From NCBI GenBank assembly GCA_963796105.1, contig CAWCKJ010000004.1, positions 640,001-704,000 of the forward strand: a stretch of 64,000 nt of DNA, given 5' to 3'. Below the pieces are notes generated by a model. The model made no database searches. It was not told where the DNA came from and was given only the letters and a program-made list of their open reading frames with translations. The stretch is from a candidate division FCPU426 bacterium (GTDB lineage Bacteria > Oederibacteriota > Muellerivitia > Muellerivitales > Muellerivitaceae). The translations under genes and the position numbers were made by a program. Every line of letters starts with the position of its first letter. Within the stretch, counting starts at the first letter, position 1. Shown in pieces: positions 58,562 through 64,000 of the stretch.

Positions 58562-59536
58562 CTAATTCAGGGGCAGGAGATCGGGCACCTCATAGGCTTG
58601 GATGACGTGCTGGCTTCCGGCGCGGCAGACCCAGGTGGCGGGTTTCACGAATCCCTTTTGGCGGAGCTGGAGGGGGGTGAAAGGTCCTTCCCATTTGTCC
58701 TCGCGGTAAACCATGAAGGCGGTCCCCTCGTCGAACAAACCGGAAGAAGGGGTGAGCTTGAAGAAATCCTCTTTCTTCCCTTCCTCAGGCAGGACCAATG
58801 TCCCAACATCCCTTTTTAAAGGCTCGAGCATCGGCTCGGAAGCCGTTGGGGTGGAGCGGCCGCCTTCGGGTTTTGAAAAAACAAGCTCCAATACTTCCGG
58901 CTCCTTGCGGGCGGTTTTCACGGGCTGTTCCTTCGGAGTCACCAGGGATATCAGCTCCTCGTCGTCCTTGAGCCTTCGGATTTCATCCGTCAATTTATCC
59001 ACGCGCGACTGGTCGGGAACGGGTTTGGACATCTCGTTCTCCAGCTCGATACGCTTGACGTGGAGGGGGTATGACTTGCGGAGGATCTTGAAGCATTTTT
59101 GAAGTTCCGGATCCGCCGGCGTCGCCTGGAGGGTTAATAGGTTCAAGGCGATGGAATAGGCCAGCTCCGCGTTGTCCGACCTGAGGTTGGGATTCTGCCC
59201 GATACTGCGGTTGAAAAGCTTGATGGCTTCCTGGTAAACCCCGTAGGCTTTTCGGGCCTCCTTTTCCTCCTGGTAATACTTGCCCACCAGGTAATGGCAT
59301 TGGAGGTCAAAAATATCCGAGGCGGAAAGGGTCTCAAACAAGGCCAGGGCCTCGTCGATGTAATTTTCCTTGATCTTGGGGTTCGTAAAGCGGTTCAAAA
59401 GGCAAAAGTTGATGAACTGGGTCTTGAGGCCGTGGTCGTTGGGGTTCCGTTCCATGGCGGTCTTGAACCGCTTGTACTCGGCGGCGGGATTCACGTCGCT
59501 CCCGAAAAGGGATGTCAGTTTCTCAAAAATTGCCAT
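58562..59536 (-). CDS. TPR-like protein with C-terminal GYF_2-like domain
   Basis: Helical TPR-like N-region; EGPFTPLQL..TWVCRAG. Confidence 0.6.
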   Translation of the reverse strand: MAIFEKLTSLFGSDVNPAAEYKRFKTAMERNPNDHGLKTQFINFCLLNRFTNPKIKENYIDEALALFETLSASDIFDLQCHYLVGKYYQEEKEARKAYGVYQEAIKLFNRSIGQNPNLRSDNAELAYSIALNLLTLQATPADPELQKCFKILRKSYPLHVKRIELENEMSKPVPDQSRVDKLTDEIRRLKDDEELISLVTPKEQPVKTARKEPEVLELVFSKPEGGRSTPTASEPMLEPLKRDVGTLVLPEEGKKEDFFKLTPSSGLFDEGTAFMVYREDKWEGPFTPLQLRQKGFVKPATWVCRAGSQHVIQAYEVPDLLPLN

Positions 59537-59554
59537 AAAGCCTCTTCCTTAAGA

Positions 59555-60091
59555 TTAAAACCACCGCCAGGGTTTCAGGATTCTCTTGAACCAATGGGGT
59601 TTCTGGGGTTTCCGGAAAGTCAAAGTCTCCTGCAGGGCCGGTTCCACCCACTGTTCCATAGGCATTTCCTGGGCCTGGAACTGATCAACGTCCTTCTTCG
59701 TCCTGCGTTTCCCGTTCCCTTTGTCCGCCCTGGTTTTTCCGAAACCATTGAGGACCGCCTGCTCCACGTCCGGGAAGGATTTCAAGATGGTGTGAAATTC
59801 CAATAGGTGGAAAGTATCCGTCACCGAGGGGGTCATGGAAACCAGGAAAAGATTCCCCCTTTGCGCCCGGATGCGCTTCAATTCCGCGATGAAAATGCCC
59901 CAACCCGCGCTGGAAATGTAGTTGACGTCCTTCAAGTCGACGATGAGGTTGAATTTTTTCTGGCTTAGGACTGTTTGGAATGTCTTGTCGAATTCCGACG
60001 CGGTCACAGTGTCGATGATCCCCTTGGCCGAGATCAAGGTGATGTCTTTGTGATGTTGGTGAGCCGAAGCGGTTACCGTTAAATTGGGCAT
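59555..60091 (-). CDS. STAS domain anti-sigma factor antagonist with C-terminal extension
   Basis: GIIDT..LIVDLKDVNYISSAGWG; start at 60091 or 60124. Confidence 0.88.
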   Translation of the reverse strand: MPNLTVTASAHQHHKDITLISAKGIIDTVTASEFDKTFQTVLSQKKFNLIVDLKDVNYISSAGWGIFIAELKRIRAQRGNLFLVSMTPSVTDTFHLLEFHTILKSFPDVEQAVLNGFGKTRADKGNGKRRTKKDVDQFQAQEMPMEQWVEPALQETLTFRKPQKPHWFKRILKPWRWF

Positions 60092-60346
60092 GAGGCCTCT
60101 AAATAATTTAAGTAGTGCCCGCATTATTAGGCTGTAATGGAACCCGTTTCAAGCCCTTGGCGAAAATAGAAAAACGATTTTACATTGATTTTCAATTGTA
60201 AAACGGCAATCCCACGTCTAAAAAATCATACGTTGAATAAACCTGGAAAACAAAAGGACCCCGCCCCACGGAAGCGGGACTAGGTCCTTTTGGCTTGTGA
60301 CGAACTAGCCAATCCATTTTCGGAAGTAAAAGTCCAGGGACGCCTT

Positions 60347-61276
60347 TTAATGAAAGGAGTAATTCAACCCCGCCTGGAAGGGGGCGAGAACCATGATATT
60401 GTCCGTACCTTGCGTAGCGGCGCTAGTCTTCGACAGCATGAAATTCATAGCCACCCGCGCTTGGACGAACAGACTGATGTTATCCAGGGCCGCGAAAGAG
60501 ATTCCAAGGCCAGGATCCACCACCAGGTTGGTCCAGCTTTCATTCAGCATGGGGTAACTCGTTGAAATCCCGTTGCTGGTGACGGAGTAAGGCCCGATGA
60601 CAGAATCAAAGGACAATCCCAACCCCAAGAGGACATAGGGCCTCGCGGTGGCGTCAACCGTGTTGATGTAGTATTGGCCGGTCAATTCCACTGGGATATG
60701 GGTCATAGGAGGGTCTTTCCTGGTCCCGCTCACGAGCGGGGTAAAAATCGTGTAGGAATTCGTGTCCAAACTGAAATAACCGCCTTCCACCCCCAGGGTG
60801 AGTTGGGGCGAGCAAGTGTAACCCACCAGGATTTCTCCACCGTAACCCAAGTCATATTCGGTGGCGGCGTTATCGCTCATAGGAGGGGCGATTCCACCCT
60901 GAAGCTGGACGATCAGATTCCCATGAGAGACGGCAGAGCTTACAGCAGCGCTAGCCGCCGGGATGGAAGCAGTCGGGACGGGAGAAACCGGGGATCCTAT
61001 TCCCACGATGCCAGCTCCTGGGGTGACAGTTCCGGTGACTGCGGGTTGAATGCTCCCGGCCTCAGGAGTAACAATACTTGTCACCGCCTCATGGATGCCC
61101 TCGACTTGCGGGGTGACGGCACTCTTGACTCCCACTTCTGGAGTAACGGTTTCCAGAACAGTCACGTCTGGAATAACGGTTTTTACTACCCCTGAATCAA
61201 TAGAATCCCCTTCCGCCGCGAAACTCAACGAGCTGGTCATCGTTAAGACTAAGACAAGGAGCAATGTTTTTTTCAA
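60347..61276 (-). CDS. outer-membrane beta-barrel with VTP-repeat N-linker
   Basis: Paralog of 57404..58381 (GYGGE, HIPVELTGQY, PY..GLG, VDPGLG). Confidence 0.75.
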   Translation of the reverse strand: MKKTLLLVLVLTMTSSLSFAAEGDSIDSGVVKTVIPDVTVLETVTPEVGVKSAVTPQVEGIHEAVTSIVTPEAGSIQPAVTGTVTPGAGIVGIGSPVSPVPTASIPAASAAVSSAVSHGNLIVQLQGGIAPPMSDNAATEYDLGYGGEILVGYTCSPQLTLGVEGGYFSLDTNSYTIFTPLVSGTRKDPPMTHIPVELTGQYYINTVDATARPYVLLGLGLSFDSVIGPYSVTSNGISTSYPMLNESWTNLVVDPGLGISFAALDNISLFVQARVAMNFMLSKTSAATQGTDNIMVLAPFQAGLNYSFH

Positions 61277-61569
61277 TTTTTATCACCCGTTAAATATTTT
61301 TTGTTCCCAACTAAAAGAAGTGAATATCCCATACTTTATAAGTGCTTTTTAAAAACGGTTCAACAAATAAAACCAAGACTGATAGCGAATCAATAATAGG
61401 GGCAAGCACCCCAATGCCTTGAAAATTCCCGTTTTCTAAGTGCATTTTTTGCAATTATTCGAAAATGGCTTCTTCCCAAGCCGTCAAGCTTCACTTGAAA
61501 CACCCAAGGTAATCGCTGAGAATCGGTACCTTAAGGATCACTAGTTCATTTTCGAGGTTGAGAATATCC

Positions 61570-63843
61570 ATGCCTAGCTCCGGAAAAAAATCATTTACCG
61601 TCACGGTCAAGGGAGTGGTGCAAGGAGTGGGTTTCCGCCCCTACGTGTACCGCCTGGCGGAGAGATATAATCTAGCGGGCTGGGTGAAGAATTCCTCCCA
61701 GGGAGCCGAATTGGAAGTTGAGGGCGCCGAGGCGGACCTGGAGGCTTTCCTCCAAGCCCTCCAGAAAGAGGCCCCTCCCGGAGCCATTCTCAGGGACCTG
61801 GAAGTCCGGCGGGGCGGGCCAAAGGGCTTTTCTGGTTTTGAAATCCTTCAAAGCCGGGAGGAAGGCGGAAAGGAAGCCTGGATCCTCCCCGACTTGGCCT
61901 CCTGCCCCGAGTGCCTGGCGGAGCTGTTTGATCCCAAAGACCGGCGCTACCGCTATCCTTTCCTCAATTGCACCCACTGCGGGCCCCGCTTTTCCATCAT
62001 CGAGAGCCTTCCCTATGACCGTCCCCATACCACCATGAAGGTTTTCCCCCTCTGCGGGGATTGTCGGAAAGAGTACGAGGACCCCAAAAACCGGCGCTTC
62101 CACGCCCAACCCACCGCCTGCCCCCAATGCGGGCCTTTGGCCTCTATATATAGTAATGATGGAACATACCAAGGGGAGGGGGAGAAAGCCCTCCAACTCT
62201 CTATTCAAACCTTAAAAGACGGGAAAATATTGGCGGTCAAAGGCCTGGGCGGATACCACCTTTTGTGCGACGCGCGGAACGAACAAACCATCCAGGAGCT
62301 TAGGCGCAGGAAAAAACGGGAGGAAAAACCGCTTGCCCTCATGGCCCCCAGCCTGGAATGGATTAAAAAAGCCTGCGAAGTTTCCCCTGAGGAGGAAAAG
62401 CTTCTGGTTTCCCCCCAGGCACCCATCGTCCTGTTGAGGAAGAAGCCTGAAACCGATATCGCTGGGTCTGTTGCTCCCGGCAACCCCTACCTGGGCGTCA
62501 TGCTTCCCTACGCCCCCCTGCACCACCTGTTATTGAGGGATTTTGGATACCCGGTCGTGGCCACCAGCGGAAACCTCTCGGACGAGCCCATTTGCGTCGA
62601 CGAGCCGGAGGCGTTCGAGCGCCTCGGCGGCATCGCGGATTTTTTCCTGGCCCACAACCGGCCCATCGCCAGGCCCGTGGACGACTCGGTCTGCCGGATT
62701 TTGCTGGGAGAACCCCAGGTTCTTCGGCGGGCCCGGGGCTACGCCCCCCTGCCGGTGGAAATAGCTTTTACCGGAAAACCCCTCTTGGCTTTCGGCGCCC
62801 ACCTGAAAAACACCGCGGCCCTTTATGAGAACGGCAAGGTTTTCCTGAGCCAGCACATCGGCGACCTCGACACTCCCGAGGCCCTGGCCCACTTTTCCCG
62901 CGTCGTGTCGGACCTTCCCCGCCTTTATGAGGTGGACCCTCCCCGCGTGGCTTGCGACCTGCATCCCGATTACGCCTCTACCCAGATGGCCGAGAAAACC
63001 GGCAAGACCCTGCAAAGGGTCCAGCACCACATAGCCCATATCTTCGCCTGCGCCGCCGAGAACCAATTATCCCCCCCTTTCCTGGGAGTGGTTTGGGACG
63101 GGGCAGGCCTGGGCGAGGACAACAGCATCTGGGGAGGCGAGTTCTTCAGGGTGGAAAATTCACAGGTCAAAAGGGTGGGCAGGCTCCTTCCCTTCCTATT
63201 GTTAGGTGGCGATAAGGCTGCATTGGAACCCCGGCGGTCCGCCCTGGGGGTTCTTTATGAAATTTTCGGGAAGGAAGTCTTTGACAAGAAAAACCTTCCG
63301 TTGTTGGGCCTTTTCACCGAGCCGGAATTGAAGCTCTTGAAATCCATGGCTGAGAAGGGACTCAATACCCCCAGAACCTCCAGCGCAGGGCGTTTGTTTG
63401 ACGCGGCGGCTTCCCTGACAGAACTTTGCCAAATTTCCCGTTTCGAGGGCCAAGCCGCCATGAAAATGGAGTTCGCCCTGCCTTTAGAACCTGGCCCCAG
63501 GACTTATCCCCTGGAATTCCAGGAAGGCGGAAAACTTTGGGAATTGGATTGGCGCCCTTTGATCCGGCAGCTTGTGAAGGAAGCCGCGTCGGGAATTCCC
63601 GCGGCGGAGCTCTCAACAGGCTTCCATAATGGGCTTGCGGAGGGTATTGTGAAGGCGGCCCGCCGGGAGGGTTTGGAGCGGGTGGTCCTTTCCGGGGGCT
63701 GTTTCCAGAATAAATACCTCTCGACCCAGGTCATTCAGGAATTGAAAAGCGCGGGTTTCCAGCCCTATTGGCACAAGCAAACGCCTCCCAACGACGGGGG
63801 AATCGCGCTGGGCCAGGCCGCTTACACGCTTTGGAAAGGTTGA
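61570..63843 (+). CDS. hypF: [NiFe]-hydrogenase maturation carbamoyltransferase HypF
   Basis: GVVQGVGFRP, CxxC zinc fingers, KGLGGYHL, DLHPDY, HHIAH, PPNDGGIALGQ. Confidence 0.97.
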   Translation: MPSSGKKSFTVTVKGVVQGVGFRPYVYRLAERYNLAGWVKNSSQGAELEVEGAEADLEAFLQALQKEAPPGAILRDLEVRRGGPKGFSGFEILQSREEGGKEAWILPDLASCPECLAELFDPKDRRYRYPFLNCTHCGPRFSIIESLPYDRPHTTMKVFPLCGDCRKEYEDPKNRRFHAQPTACPQCGPLASIYSNDGTYQGEGEKALQLSIQTLKDGKILAVKGLGGYHLLCDARNEQTIQELRRRKKREEKPLALMAPSLEWIKKACEVSPEEEKLLVSPQAPIVLLRKKPETDIAGSVAPGNPYLGVMLPYAPLHHLLLRDFGYPVVATSGNLSDEPICVDEPEAFERLGGIADFFLAHNRPIARPVDDSVCRILLGEPQVLRRARGYAPLPVEIAFTGKPLLAFGAHLKNTAALYENGKVFLSQHIGDLDTPEALAHFSRVVSDLPRLYEVDPPRVACDLHPDYASTQMAEKTGKTLQRVQHHIAHIFACAAENQLSPPFLGVVWDGAGLGEDNSIWGGEFFRVENSQVKRVGRLLPFLLLGGDKAALEPRRSALGVLYEIFGKEVFDKKNLPLLGLFTEPELKLLKSMAEKGLNTPRTSSAGRLFDAAASLTELCQISRFEGQAAMKMEFALPLEPGPRTYPLEFQEGGKLWELDWRPLIRQLVKEAASGIPAAELSTGFHNGLAEGIVKAARREGLERVVLSGGCFQNKYLSTQVIQELKSAGFQPYWHKQTPPNDGGIALGQAAYTLWKG

Positions 63844-63847
63844 AACC

Positions 63848-64000
63848 ATGTGTCTCGCCATGCCGGGGAAAATAGTCAGCATCCAGGGCCAGGATAACCT
63901 GGGCCTCCGCGCTAAAGTGGATTTCGGGGGGGTGCTCAAGGAAATTTCCCTGGCTTGCCTGCCGGACGCCAAGGTGGGCGAGTACGTGATCGTTCACGTG
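63848..64000 (+). CDS. hypC: hydrogenase maturation chaperone HypC (runs off the window)
   Basis: Manual translation MCLAMPGKIV..KVDFGG..VGEYVIVHV directly after hypF. Confidence 0.93.
   Translation, partial: MCLAMPGKIVSIQGQDNLGLRAKVDFGGVLKEISLACLPDAKVGEYVIVHV

Overview
A moderately GC-rich chromosomal window from a diderm bacterium. It carries outer-membrane barrel proteins, lipoproteins and secreted Thr/Pro-stalk proteins ending in FlgD-Ig-like domains, which suggests a poorly characterised phylum; I cannot assign taxonomy from the sequence alone. About 1-49 kb is an accessory patchwork: STAS and PilZ paralogs, an ArnT-like glycosyltransferase, a complete IS1595-family IS with an 8-bp target duplication, five type II toxin-antitoxin pairs, a Fic protein, a long Sel1 protein, a class III adenylate cyclase, a paralogous lipoprotein family and an XRE/LuxR-type regulator trio. 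About 50-64 kb is more core-like: a beta-oxidation operon, OM barrel paralogs and hypF-hypC. The most striking signal is non-coding. (i) A ~30-bp site with a conserved arm TTGTCCACGAC(GGGG) marks the boundaries of the cassette-like TA, Fic, Sel1 and small membrane genes. (ii) Tandem fixed-length (~38 bp) palindrome pairs with covarying stems recur; a related hairpin lies in-frame inside a PemK toxin gene. (iii) Several gene 3' ends are duplicated as direct repeats around gene blocks. (iv) A tRNA-Asn-like 3' fragment looks like an att scar. Together these suggest a possible undescribed site-specific gene-cassette system, but no recombinase is encoded in this window. I see no CRISPR-Cas, rRNA or intact tRNA.
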